A stretch of DNA of 64,000 nucleotides. Origin: Solirubrobacterales bacterium (GTDB taxonomy: Bacteria > Actinomycetota > Thermoleophilia > Solirubrobacterales > 70-9). Of this stretch, positions 28,032-36,572 are shown piece by piece; within the stretch, counting starts at the first letter, position 1, and each line of letters starts with the position of its first letter. The notes below the pieces were generated by a model. It saw only the letters and a program-made list of their open reading frames with translations, made no database searches and was not told the origin of the DNA. The position numbers and the translations under genes are program-made. The stretch is from positions 1,314 through 65,313 of the forward strand of contig DASUSH010000094.1 of the NCBI GenBank assembly GCA_036375215.1, read 5' to 3'.

Positions 28032-28289
28032 ATGGCCAACATCGCCTCACAGAAGAAGCGCATCGCTCGGACCGAACGCGAGCGGGTCGAGAACCGCCGC
28101 CTGACGAGCGCGGTCAAGACCTACTTCCACCGCCTCGAGCAGGCGGGCGACGCCGAGACCGCGGACGCCGAGCACAAGGAGCTCGTCTCCAAGATCGACA
28201 AGGCCGTCCAGCGCGGCGCGATCCACGCCCGCAACGGCGCTCGCAAGAAGGCCCGCGCGGCCCGGATCCGCGCCGGCCTGCGGTCCTAG
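28032..28289 (+). CDS. rpsT: 30S ribosomal protein S20
   Basis: 85 aa reading MANIASQKKRIARTERERVENRRLTSAVKTY...AVQRGAIHARNGARKKAR. Confidence 0.95.
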   Translation: MANIASQKKRIARTERERVENRRLTSAVKTYFHRLEQAGDAETADAEHKELVSKIDKAVQRGAIHARNGARKKARAARIRAGLRS

Positions 28290-29284
28290 CGCCTGCCACC
28301 GGATCCGGCCGCGCGCCTGACCGCCAGCGTGAGCGCGGCCGTCTCGGTGTACTCGGCGCCGCCGCGCGACCACCACTCGAGGTCGGCGAGGGCGCAGGAG
28401 GCGGCCCGCAACTCCGCGGGCGAGGTTCCGGAGACGCTCTTCACGATCATCTTCGCCGCGTAGGGGCTCATCCGCAGGCCCGAGGCGACCTCGCGTGGCG
28501 AGCGCCCCGCCTCGAGCTCTGTCGCGGCCTGGTGCGCCTTACGCAGGCGGCCGGCGACCCCGTAGACGATCTTCGGCAGGGCCTCGCTCTGCGCGGTGAG
28601 CCGGTCGGCGTAGCGGACGGCCGCGCCCGCGCGCCCTTCGACGATCGCGTCGGAGAGGCTCCAGACCATCGCCTCGGAGGTGTCGGCGACCATCTCGTCG
28701 AGATCCTCGACCCCGACCGACCCGCCTTCGCCGGCCCAAAGCGCCAGCCGATCGAGCTCGTTGGCGAGGCGGACGGTGCCGTTCCCCATGCGCTCGATCA
28801 GGAGGCGGGCCGCGTCGGGCTCGAGCTCGAAGCCCCGGCGCCTCGCCTCCTCGCCGAGCCACCTGGGGAGCGCGCGGGCGGCCGGGGCGTCGAAGGAGAG
28901 CACGTCTCCCCCGGCCTTCTCCACTGCCTCGGCGAGCTTCTTCGGCGCCTTCACCTTCGGGGGCTCCTCGCGGGCGGCGAGGACGACCGTGGTATCCGGT
29001 GGCAGCTCGGCGAGCGCCGCGGCGACGGCGCCGGCCTGCTTGGGATTCCAGCGCTCGACGCGGTCGGCGAGCAGGTAGCGGCGCTCCGCGATCAGCGACA
29101 GCGCGGGGATCGCCGCGATCAGGGCGTCGGCGTCGGGGGCGCCCTGGCCCTCGGGCGCCGTGAACGTCTCGAGCGCGCCCTCGCCGCTCTCGCGCATGGC
29201 GCGCTCGCGCAGGCGCGCGAGCGTGGCGTCGACCTTGGCGTCGTCGGATCCGGCGATCAGGTACGCGGGCTTGATCTCGCTCAT
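28286..29284 (-). CDS. holA: DNA polymerase III subunit delta
   Basis: ATG at 29284 (MSEIKPAYLIAGSDD). The length (332 aa) and its position next to comEC and rpsT fit holA. The upstream part of ORF 28286..29551 is spurious. Confidence 0.85.
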   Translation of the reverse strand: MSEIKPAYLIAGSDDAKVDATLARLRERAMRESGEGALETFTAPEGQGAPDADALIAAIPALSLIAERRYLLADRVERWNPKQAGAVAAALAELPPDTTVVLAAREEPPKVKAPKKLAEAVEKAGGDVLSFDAPAARALPRWLGEEARRRGFELEPDAARLLIERMGNGTVRLANELDRLALWAGEGGSVGVEDLDEMVADTSEAMVWSLSDAIVEGRAGAAVRYADRLTAQSEALPKIVYGVAGRLRKAHQAATELEAGRSPREVASGLRMSPYAAKMIVKSVSGTSPAELRAASCALADLEWWSRGGAEYTETAALTLAVRRAAGSGGRR

Positions 29285-29301
29285 TCGGCCACCTCCGGCT
29301 G

Positions 29302-29307
29302 AGTCTA
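29302..29307 (-). promoter_or_regulatory. Candidate -10 box TAGACT upstream of holA
   Basis: The minus strand reads TAGACT-cagccGGAGGTGgccga-ATG, so a GGAGGTG Shine-Dalgarno sequence lies between the box and the start. Confidence 0.3.
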
Positions 29308-29352
29308 CGGCGGGCGCCGGAGCCAGCCGCCGGCGCGGTCGGGGCGGGCGGA

Positions 29353-29703
29353 CTAGAAGCTCACCGGGAGGAAGGCGACCGCGAGGAGGCCCAGGACCGG
29401 GGTGAGTGCCGCGGTCAGGGCGAGCGGGCCCGCGCCGGCGCCGCGGATGGCGAACCGGACCGCGCAGGCGACCGCCAGGACGGCGCAGACGACAGCGAGC
29501 CAGCCCGCGACGAGCCCGAGCACCCGCTCGCCCGAGGTCGCGTCGATGCACTCGTCGGCGTCGCGGAGGGCGTGCCCGTCCGCGCAGAGCGGCAGCCCGG
29601 TCACGTTCAGCATCAGGATCAGCAGGACCAGCCCGAGCAGGACGAGGATGACGGCGGCGAAGCTCGCGAGGCCAGTGCGCACCGGCGCATCCTTCCAGCT
29701 CAT
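29353..29703 (-). CDS. Small membrane protein (hypothetical, 3-4 TM)
   Basis: ATG at 29703 overlaps the comEC TGA (ATGA). The 116-aa product reads MSWKDAPVRTGLASFAAVILVLLGLVLLILML... and is hydrophobic throughout. Confidence 0.5.
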   Translation of the reverse strand: MSWKDAPVRTGLASFAAVILVLLGLVLLILMLNVTGLPLCADGHALRDADECIDATSGERVLGLVAGWLAVVCAVLAVACAVRFAIRGAGAGPLALTAALTPVLGLLAVAFLPVSF

Positions 29704-32012
29704 CCGGTCACCGAGGCCCCCTCGCGCGTGACCGTGAGCTCGACCGCCCCGTCGAGGTCGGTGCGGGCGACCGGCACGCCGGCCGCCTCGAGCGCGGCGA
29801 GGGTCGAGGGGTGCGGATGGCCGTAGGGGTTGCCCGCCCCGACGGAGATCAGCGCGAGGCGCGGGTCGGTGCGATCGAGCAGGGCGGGCAGGCCGGCGTC
29901 CTCGCTCCCGTGGTGGGCGACCTTGAGCAGGTCGAGGGGCCCCGGGTCGAGCGGGGCCGCCTCGGCCTCGGCGTCGCCGGTGAGCAGCGCGTCGAAGCTG
30001 TGCCAGCGGGCGAGCACGACGATCGAGCGCTGGTTCGGGTCGGCGCCGGGGGACGGCCGGCCGGCCGCGGCGGGCGGCGGCCACACGACCCGCAGGCGCA
30101 GGGCACCGGCCCGGAAGGAGTCGCCGGCCGCGACGGCCCGGGCCTCCGCCCCGGCGGCGCGCGCGAGGGCCCGGACCTCCCGGCCCGCGCCGGCTTGGAG
30201 AACGCCGCCGGCCGGGATCGCCCGCAGGACGGCGGCGAGGCCGCCCGCGTGGTCGCTCTGGTCGTGGGTGAGGACGATCGCGGCGAGGCGCTCGACGCCG
30301 CGCTCGGCGAGGTCCGCGGGGAGGTCGGTCCCGGGCGGGCCGGTGTCCACGAGGACGGGGTCGCCGGGGTCCGGGTCGAGCAGGATCGCGTCGCCCTGGC
30401 CGACGTCGACGGCGGTGACGGTGAGGCCGTGCGAGGGCTTCGCGGCGGTGGCGCCGGGGCCGGCGGGGAGCGGGACCAACAGGGCAACCGCGAGGACCGC
30501 GCCGAGGCCGGCGAGCGGGCGCCACGCGGCGCGGCCGCCCCGCAGCCGGGCGCGACGGGCGAGGGCACGCGCTCCGAGCGCGCCGGCGGCGACGAGGGCC
30601 GTGCCGATCCCGGCGAGCGCGGCCGGGCCGGGGGCGGCGACGGGCGCCGAGGCCCAGCCGGGCGTCCCGAACCAGTGCGCCACCTGGGCGATGTAGGCGA
30701 CGAGGAGCGAGCAGAGCCAGTTGAGCGGCTCGACCGGGATCGCGCCGGCCTGCCCGAGCGCCGCGGCGAGCATGCCCAGCCACATCACCGGCGCCACGGC
30801 GGGCAGGGCGAGCAGGTTGGCGGGCAGTGAGGCGAGCGAGACGGTCTCGAAGTGGGCGGCGGAGATCGGAGCGGTCGCGAGCGTCGCCGCGACCGTGACG
30901 CCGATCCCGTCGGCAAGGCCGCGGCGCAGCGGCGAGAGCTGGTCGTGGCGGCCGCGGGCGGCGAGCGCGGCCAGCGGGCGGGCCCAGAGCAGGATGCCTA
31001 CGACCGCGGCGAAACTGAGCTGCCAGCCGACGTCGGCGGCGGCGCGGGGGTTGACCGCGAGCGTGACCGCCGCGGCGAGCAGGAGGACGTATGCGCGCCG
31101 GCTCGGGCGGCCGGCGAGGACGGCGGCGGTCCCCGCCGCCCCCATCACCGCGGCGCGCTGGATCGATGGGCCGGCGCCCGTCACCGGCACGTAGATCGCG
31201 ATCAGGGCGATCACGGTTACGAGCCGCGCCCGTAGCGGCACCCCGAGCAGGGCCAGAACGGGCATCGCGAGGAGGGCGAGCAGGAGGACGTTCTGGCCGC
31301 TCACCGCGAGCAGGTGGGCGAGGCCCGAGCGGCGGAAGTCGTCGACCGTGGCCGGGTCGATGCGGTCGTCCTGACCGAGCACGAACCCGCGGGCGAGGTC
31401 GGCCTCGGGGCCGGGGACGCCGCGCTCGAGCGCGGCCTCGGCCCGGTCGCGGACGCCGTCGAGGGCGCCGGAGACGCCGCCGCGACTGCGGCCGGTGGGC
31501 TCGATCGCGTCCGCCGAGACGATCCGGGTGACGCCGCCGACGCGCAGGCGGCCCGCCTGCCAGGGCGCGGGCTCGCGGACGACGCCCTCGGCGCGGACCT
31601 CGCCACCGACGCGGACGTCGCGGTCGGGCGGCGGAGCCTCGACGACGAGCCGGCCGTCAGCCGTCTCCAGGGGGACGAGGAGGAGGCCCTGTTGGGGCCG
31701 CGGGACGCCGCTGACGACGCCGCGGACCGCGACGCGCTCCCCGGGCGCGCCGGCGAAGGCGCCGCGGTCGATCGCGGCGACCCGGGCGTCGCCGGCGACG
31801 AGGCCCGCGACGGTCGCGGCGAGGGCGAGGCAGGCGAGCCAGGGCCAGGCGCCGCGCCCGGGCGCGCGCGGCCGGACGGCGGCGAGGCCGAGCGCGGCCG
31901 CGGCCGAGAGGGCGAGCGCCGCGCCGGGCGCGAGCGGGGGCGCCGGCGCGTAGGGCGCCGCAGCGAGGCCGGCGACGGCTCCACCGAGGAGGGCGTGGCG
32001 CCAGCCGCTCAC
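29700..32012 (-). CDS. comEC: DNA internalization competence protein ComEC/Rec2 (with C-terminal metallo-beta-lactamase domain)
   Basis: 770 aa. It has a polytopic competence domain (GLAHLLAVSGQNV) and a C-terminal MBL domain (VDVGQGDAILL, LTHDQSDHAGG, KVAHHGS). Confidence 0.9.
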   Translation of the reverse strand: MSGWRHALLGGAVAGLAAAPYAPAPPLAPGAALALSAAAALGLAAVRPRAPGRGAWPWLACLALAATVAGLVAGDARVAAIDRGAFAGAPGERVAVRGVVSGVPRPQQGLLLVPLETADGRLVVEAPPPDRDVRVGGEVRAEGVVREPAPWQAGRLRVGGVTRIVSADAIEPTGRSRGGVSGALDGVRDRAEAALERGVPGPEADLARGFVLGQDDRIDPATVDDFRRSGLAHLLAVSGQNVLLLALLAMPVLALLGVPLRARLVTVIALIAIYVPVTGAGPSIQRAAVMGAAGTAAVLAGRPSRRAYVLLLAAAVTLAVNPRAAADVGWQLSFAAVVGILLWARPLAALAARGRHDQLSPLRRGLADGIGVTVAATLATAPISAAHFETVSLASLPANLLALPAVAPVMWLGMLAAALGQAGAIPVEPLNWLCSLLVAYIAQVAHWFGTPGWASAPVAAPGPAALAGIGTALVAAGALGARALARRARLRGGRAAWRPLAGLGAVLAVALLVPLPAGPGATAAKPSHGLTVTAVDVGQGDAILLDPDPGDPVLVDTGPPGTDLPADLAERGVERLAAIVLTHDQSDHAGGLAAVLRAIPAGGVLQAGAGREVRALARAAGAEARAVAAGDSFRAGALRLRVVWPPPAAAGRPSPGADPNQRSIVVLARWHSFDALLTGDAEAEAAPLDPGPLDLLKVAHHGSEDAGLPALLDRTDPRLALISVGAGNPYGHPHPSTLAALEAAGVPVARTDLDGAVELTVTREGASVTG

Positions 32013-32046
32013 CGCTGCCGGGGACCGTCCCCTCCGTCCCCGGGGC

Positions 32047-32703
32047 TCACGGCTGCACGCTCGAGCGCAGGGCCTCCATCGTCGCCGGGCCGATCCCGGA
32101 GATCTGGTCCAGGTCCTCGACCGAGGAGATGCCGCCGTTCTCGGTGCGGAAGTCGATGATGTTCTGCGCGGTGACCGGCCCGATGCCCTCGATCGTGTCG
32201 AGCTGCTCGAGGGTCGCCGAGCCGATGCTGATCGGTCCCGACGATGCGCCCGTGCCGGCGCCCGCCGCGGTGGCTCCGCCCGCCGCGGTGGCTCCGGGCC
32301 CCGCTCGCGCGGGCAGCACCACCTGCTGGCCGTCGGCGAGCTCGGCGGCGAGGTTCACCGCGTCGAGCCCGGCGTCGCCCGTGGCGCCCCCGGCCCGGTC
32401 GACGGCGTCGGTGACGCGCGAGCCGGCCGGCAGGCGGTAGACACCGGGGTCGCGGACGGCCCCCGCGACGTGGACGACGACGTCCTCGCCGCCGGAGTCG
32501 AACTCGATCGCGCCCCCTCCCCCGCCCTCGCCGCCCGCCTGCTCGACCCCGCCCTCGGGCGCGCCCTCGGCCTCGGCCGAGCGGATCCAGCGCGCGCCGA
32601 CGAGGAGGAGGGCGACCGCGATCGCGCCGTAGACGAGGAGCTGGGATCGGCTGAGCCCGGCCACGCGCGGATGGTGCGAGGCGCGGGCGCACGGATGGCG
32701 CAC
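32047..32703 (-). CDS. comEA: ComEA-family DNA-binding protein (SLBB + helix-hairpin-helix)
   Basis: 218 aa with a TM anchor, an SLBB-like part (VHVAGAVRDPGVYRLPAGSRVTDAV) and C-terminal tandem HhH motifs (ATLEQLDTIEGIGPVTAQNI, DLDQISGIGPATMEAL). Confidence 0.85.
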   Translation of the reverse strand: MRHPCARASHHPRVAGLSRSQLLVYGAIAVALLLVGARWIRSAEAEGAPEGGVEQAGGEGGGGGAIEFDSGGEDVVVHVAGAVRDPGVYRLPAGSRVTDAVDRAGGATGDAGLDAVNLAAELADGQQVVLPARAGPGATAAGGATAAGAGTGASSGPISIGSATLEQLDTIEGIGPVTAQNIIDFRTENGGISSVEDLDQISGIGPATMEALRSSVQP

Positions 32704-32727
32704 GCACCGTGCCGAGGGCGAGACAAC

Positions 32728-32807
32728 GACCTGTCCCGTTGGGGTCAGACCCCTCGGGTGGCAGGTCGGCCTGTCCCTTTGGGGTCAGACCCCTCGGGTG
32801 GCAGGTC
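32728..32807. repeat. Second locus of the 40-bp structured repeat family (2 units, inverted relative to 479-573)
   Basis: Two tandem units each contain GGGGTCAGACCCCTCGGGTGGCAGGTC (32741-32767 and 32781-32807). This is the exact reverse complement of GACCTGCCACCCGAGGGGTCTGACCCC at 477-503. It fills the comEA / acylphosphatase gap. Confidence 0.85.
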
Positions 32808-33075
32808 AGCCCACGCGGAAGCCCGTGAGGCCCTCGGGGTCCTCGTCGGTCACCTCGAGGTCCGAGACGGTGGCGTTGCCCGGGCCCTCGCGGGCGTAGC
32901 GGACCATGCTCTCGACCGCCTCGGGGTCGCCCTCGAAGACGGCCTCGACGGCGCCGTCGGCGCGGTTGGTGACCCAGCCCGCGACCCCGAGGGACTCGGC
33001 GCGGCGGCGGGTGGAGTCGCGGAAGAAGACGCCCTGGACGCGGCCATGGGCGACGACGCGGCGGCGTACGCTCAC
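32806..33075 (-). CDS. acyP: Acylphosphatase
   Basis: 89 aa with the VHGRVQGVFFR signature and GWV.N..DG.VE. Confidence 0.9.
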   Translation of the reverse strand: MSVRRRVVAHGRVQGVFFRDSTRRRAESLGVAGWVTNRADGAVEAVFEGDPEAVESMVRYAREGPGNATVSDLEVTDEDPEGLTGFRVG

Positions 33076-33085
33076 CGGCCCGCGC

Positions 33086-33502
33086 TCAGTAGCGCTCGTC
33101 GTCGTCCTCGGCGTACTCGTCGTAACCGGCGGCCCGGCCGGCGAGCTGGCGCTCGTAGAGCTCCTCGATCGCGACCGCGGGCGACTGCACGGAGACCAGC
33201 GCGAACGGGGTCTCCCCCGAGTTGGCGATCTCGTGGTCGGTCGCGGGCGGGATCAGGGCGAGGTCGCCTGCGGAGAGCTGCTCGGTGTCGCCGGCGGCGG
33301 ACATCGTGCCGGTGCCGGCGACCGCCACGTAAACCTGCTCCGCCTCCTCGTGGGAGTGGAGCTTCTCGGACGTTCCCGGGGGTACCTCGAGCCAGCACAC
33401 CGAAAGGTGGCGCGAGCCCAACTCCCCCGCGTCCATCAGGATGTGGGAGCGGAGACGGTGCCACTCGTGCACAGCCGCCTCGGACTGCCGCCTGACAAGC
33501 AC
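33086..33502 (-). CDS. Cupin-domain protein
   Basis: 138 aa. Cupin motif 1 context is HSHEEAEQVYVAVAG and motif 2 is PPATDHEIANSG. Confidence 0.75.
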   Translation of the reverse strand: MLVRRQSEAAVHEWHRLRSHILMDAGELGSRHLSVCWLEVPPGTSEKLHSHEEAEQVYVAVAGTGTMSAAGDTEQLSAGDLALIPPATDHEIANSGETPFALVSVQSPAVAIEELYERQLAGRAAGYDEYAEDDDERY

Positions 33503-33543
33503 GGCGCCTTTCTAGCAGACCGCCGCTTCGGCGGGCCTGACGC

Positions 33544-36015
33544 TCACTTGACGACGAGGTTGACGAGCTTGCCCGGGACGACGATCTCCTTGACCACCTC
33601 GCGGCCGTCGATGTGGGCCCGGACCTTCTCGCTGGCGTGCGCGATCCGGAGGAGCTCGTCCTCGCCGGCGTCGGAGCCGGCCTCGATCTGGTCGCGGAGC
33701 TTGCCGTTCACCTGGACGACGAGGGTGAAGGTGTCGGTGGCGAGCAACGCGGGGTCGGCCTTCGGCCAGGGCTGCTCCCAGACGTGGCCGCCCTCGATCA
33801 GCTCCCAGACCTCCGCGCCGAGGTGGGGCGCGAACGGGAAGACGAGGGAGGCTGCCGTCGCGACCGCGAAGCGGAGGGCGGCGTCGCCGGCCGGGTCGCC
33901 GTAGAGCCCGCCCTTGAGGCGGTAGGCGTCGTTCACGAGCTCCATTACCGCGGCGATCGCGGTGTTGAACTGGAAGTCGCGGTGGAAGTCGGTGGTGACC
34001 TTGTCGATCGCCCAGTGCGCCTTGGCGAGCAGGTCGCGAGCGTCGCCGGCCGCCGCGCCGGGGGCGGCCGGCGAGGTGCGCTCGTCGACCTCGACCGCGA
34101 GCCGCCAGAGGCGCGCGAGGAAGCGGTGGACCCCCTCGACGCCCTCGTCGGTCCAGTCGCCGCCGCGCTCGGGCGGGCCCATGAAGCAGATGAAGGCGCG
34201 GATCGCGTCGGCGCCGTAGCGGTCGACGAACTCGGCGGGGCTGATCGTGTTGCCTTTCGACTTCGACATCTTGGCGCCGTCGCGGGTGATCATGCCCTGG
34301 GTGAAGAGGCTCGCGAACGGCTCCTGGACGCCCAGCAGGTCCTGGTCCGCGAGCGCCTTGACGAAGAAGCGCGCGTACATCAGGTGGAGGATCGCGTGCT
34401 CGACGCCGCCGATGTACTGGTCGACCGGCATCCAGTGGTCGGCGACCTCGCGGTCCCACGGCGCCTCGGTGTTGCGCGGATCGAGGTAGCGCAGGAAGTA
34501 CCAGGAGGAGTCGACGAAGGTGTCCATCGTGTCGGTCTCGCGATGCCCGGGGCCGCCGCAATGCGGGCACTCGACGTTGACCCAGTCCTCGACGGCGGCG
34601 AGGGGGCTCTTGCCCTTCGGCGCGTAGTCCTCAACCTCGGGCAGCTCGACGGGCAGCTGGTCGTCGGGGACGGCGACGCGGCCGCAGCGGTCGCAATGGA
34701 CGATCGGGATCGGGCAGCCCCAGTAGCGCTGGCGGGAGAGGAGCCAGTCGCGCAGGCGGTAGTTGACCGCGGGGCGGCCGAGGCCCTTGGTCTCGAGCCA
34801 CTCGACGATCTTCGTCTTCGCCTCCTCGGAAGGCAGGCCGTCGAACCCGACCGAGTTGACGAGCCGCCCCTCGCCCGTGTACGGCTCCTCCTGGTCGGCC
34901 TCCCCGCTCTCGACCACCGGGCGGATCTCGAGGTCGAAGGCCTTCGCGAAGGCGAGGTCGCGGTCGTCGTGGGCCGGGACCGCCATCAGCGCGCCCGTGC
35001 CGTATTCCATCAGCACGTAATCGGCGACGAACATCGGGATCTCCTCGCCGTTCACCGGGTTGACGACGGTGCGGCCGAGCGGGACGCCGGTCTTGGTGCG
35101 CTCGGCGTCGCCGCGGTCCGCGGCGGAGGCGCGGGCGACCTCATCGACGTAGCGGCGCACGTCCTCCTCGTGCTCGGTCCCGGCGGCGAGCCGGTCGAGG
35201 TCCGGGTGCTCGGGCGCGAGCACGAAGAAGGTGGCGCCGAAGAGGGTGTCCGGGCGGGTGGTGAAGACCGGGAAGTCGATCTGCGGGTCCGAGCAGCGGA
35301 AGATGACCTCGGCGCCCTCGGAGCGGCCGATCCAGTTGCGCTGCATCCGGACGACGTGGTCCGGCCAGGAGTCGAGGATCTCGAAGTCGGCCAGCAGGCG
35401 GTCGGCGTAGTCGGTGATCCGGAAGAACCACTGCTCGAGCCTGCGGGTCTCGACGAGGTGGCCGCAGCGCTCGCAGCGGCCGTCGACGACCTGCTCGTTG
35501 GCGAGCACGGTGGCGTCGTTCGGACACCACTGAACGGGCGCCTCGTCGCGGTAGGCGAGGCCGCGCTCGAAGAGGCGCAGGAAGATCCACTGGGTCCAGC
35601 GGTAGTAGTCGGGGTGGTGGCTCGAGACCTCGCGGGACCAGTCGATCGAGATGCCCCAGCGGCGGAACTGCTCGCGGAAGTTGGCGATCGACGCCTCGGT
35701 GGCGACCCGCGGGTGCTCCCCGGTCTTGATCGCGTTGTTCTCCGCCGGCAGGCCGAAGGCGTCGTAGCCCATGGGGTGGATCACCTGGTAGCCGTTGCGC
35801 CGCCGGAAGTGGGCGATCGCGTCGCCGACCGCGTAGCACTTGAGGTGGCCGACGTGCGGGTCGCCCGACGGGTAGGGCAGCATCTCGAGGACGTAGGCCT
35901 TGGGCTTCGTGCCGTCGAACCCGGGCTCGCCGGGGTTCGGCACCTCCCAGGTGCGCTCCTCCTCCCAGAGGTGGCGCCACTTGCGCTCGATCGCTTCGGG
36001 CTCGTATCCGGCCAT
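33544..36015 (-). CDS. leuS: Leucine--tRNA ligase
   Basis: ATG at 36015 (MAGYEPEAIERKWRHLWEE). Motifs include the HIGH variant (PYPSGDPHVGHL), the CP1 editing domain and KMSKS (KMSKSKGN). The upstream 67 codons of ORF 33544..36216 are spurious. Confidence 0.97.
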   Translation of the reverse strand: MAGYEPEAIERKWRHLWEEERTWEVPNPGEPGFDGTKPKAYVLEMLPYPSGDPHVGHLKCYAVGDAIAHFRRRNGYQVIHPMGYDAFGLPAENNAIKTGEHPRVATEASIANFREQFRRWGISIDWSREVSSHHPDYYRWTQWIFLRLFERGLAYRDEAPVQWCPNDATVLANEQVVDGRCERCGHLVETRRLEQWFFRITDYADRLLADFEILDSWPDHVVRMQRNWIGRSEGAEVIFRCSDPQIDFPVFTTRPDTLFGATFFVLAPEHPDLDRLAAGTEHEEDVRRYVDEVARASAADRGDAERTKTGVPLGRTVVNPVNGEEIPMFVADYVLMEYGTGALMAVPAHDDRDLAFAKAFDLEIRPVVESGEADQEEPYTGEGRLVNSVGFDGLPSEEAKTKIVEWLETKGLGRPAVNYRLRDWLLSRQRYWGCPIPIVHCDRCGRVAVPDDQLPVELPEVEDYAPKGKSPLAAVEDWVNVECPHCGGPGHRETDTMDTFVDSSWYFLRYLDPRNTEAPWDREVADHWMPVDQYIGGVEHAILHLMYARFFVKALADQDLLGVQEPFASLFTQGMITRDGAKMSKSKGNTISPAEFVDRYGADAIRAFICFMGPPERGGDWTDEGVEGVHRFLARLWRLAVEVDERTSPAAPGAAAGDARDLLAKAHWAIDKVTTDFHRDFQFNTAIAAVMELVNDAYRLKGGLYGDPAGDAALRFAVATAASLVFPFAPHLGAEVWELIEGGHVWEQPWPKADPALLATDTFTLVVQVNGKLRDQIEAGSDAGEDELLRIAHASEKVRAHIDGREVVKEIVVPGKLVNLVVK

Positions 36016-36025
36016 CGCGCGCCTG

Positions 36026-36031
36026 AGTCTA
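36026..36031 (-). promoter_or_regulatory. Candidate -10 box TAGACT, 10 nt upstream of the leuS ATG
   Basis: The minus strand reads TAGACT-caggcgcgcg-ATG. This suggests a near-leaderless transcript. Confidence 0.3.
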
Positions 36032-36143
36032 CGAGCGGGCATCGCGTCGACCGGTGCGGAGGCGAGCGCCGGCGCCGCGCCGGCGAGGGCGCGGGGGCGC
36101 TCTGCGGGTCCTCCCCCGGGACGGGCCCGCCGGGCCGGGGATT

Positions 36144-36149
36144 TAGACT
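36144..36149 (+). promoter_or_regulatory. Candidate -10 box TAGACT for the 36179 gene
   Basis: TAGACT lies 29 nt upstream of the ATG at 36179, with a GGAAGGAGG Shine-Dalgarno sequence (36165-36173) between them. Confidence 0.3.
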
Positions 36150-36178
36150 CGGTGCCGGACGACGGAAGGAGGCGTGAG

Positions 36179-36403
36179 ATGGCGCGACTGATCAGGATGG
36201 ACCGGACCGGGCACACGACGCTCGCCGAGTGGGCGCCGGGCGATCCAGCGGCCCGCGAGGCGGCCGTGGAGGCGTTCCGGCGCGAGCTCGACGCGGGGAT
36301 GCTGGCCGCGGTGACCCGCGACGACGGGACCGCCGAGCAGGTGCGCGAGTTGCCCCTCGACGCGGACCTGGTCGTGCTGCGGCGGCCGATCGCCGGCGGA
36401 TAG
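36179..36403 (+). CDS. Small hypothetical protein (74 aa)
   Basis: An ATG is preceded by a strong Shine-Dalgarno sequence. The product MARLIRMDRTGHTTLAEWAPGDPAAREAAVEAFRRELDAGMLA... has a normal, non-junk composition. I do not recognise a family. Confidence 0.5.
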   Translation: MARLIRMDRTGHTTLAEWAPGDPAAREAAVEAFRRELDAGMLAAVTRDDGTAEQVRELPLDADLVVLRRPIAGG

Positions 36404-36572
36404 TGGGCGGCCCGGGAGCCGGGAGCCGGCCATAGCCGACGCCGGATCGATCGCGAGCCGGGCGGGCGCGCCCGGCGGAGGTCAGCTCCACGAGGCCGTC
36501 GAGCTGCCCTGGCGGCGGCGTTTCGACCCGGGCGCGCTGCCCCGGCGGGAGCGGTTCTGGACCGCGTGGACG

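Noticed and set aside
33613-36177. 854-aa plus-strand ORF antisense to leuS
   Set aside because: leuS on the minus strand is unambiguous (HIGH and KMSKS motifs). The antisense translation is a low-complexity run of G, A, V, D and R.
36016-36178. T-box riboswitch or other leader upstream of leuS
   Set aside because: There is no T-box consensus (no GGTGGTACCGCG-like sequence or specifier-loop architecture). A -10-like TAGACT lies only 10 nt from the ATG, which leaves no room for a leader.
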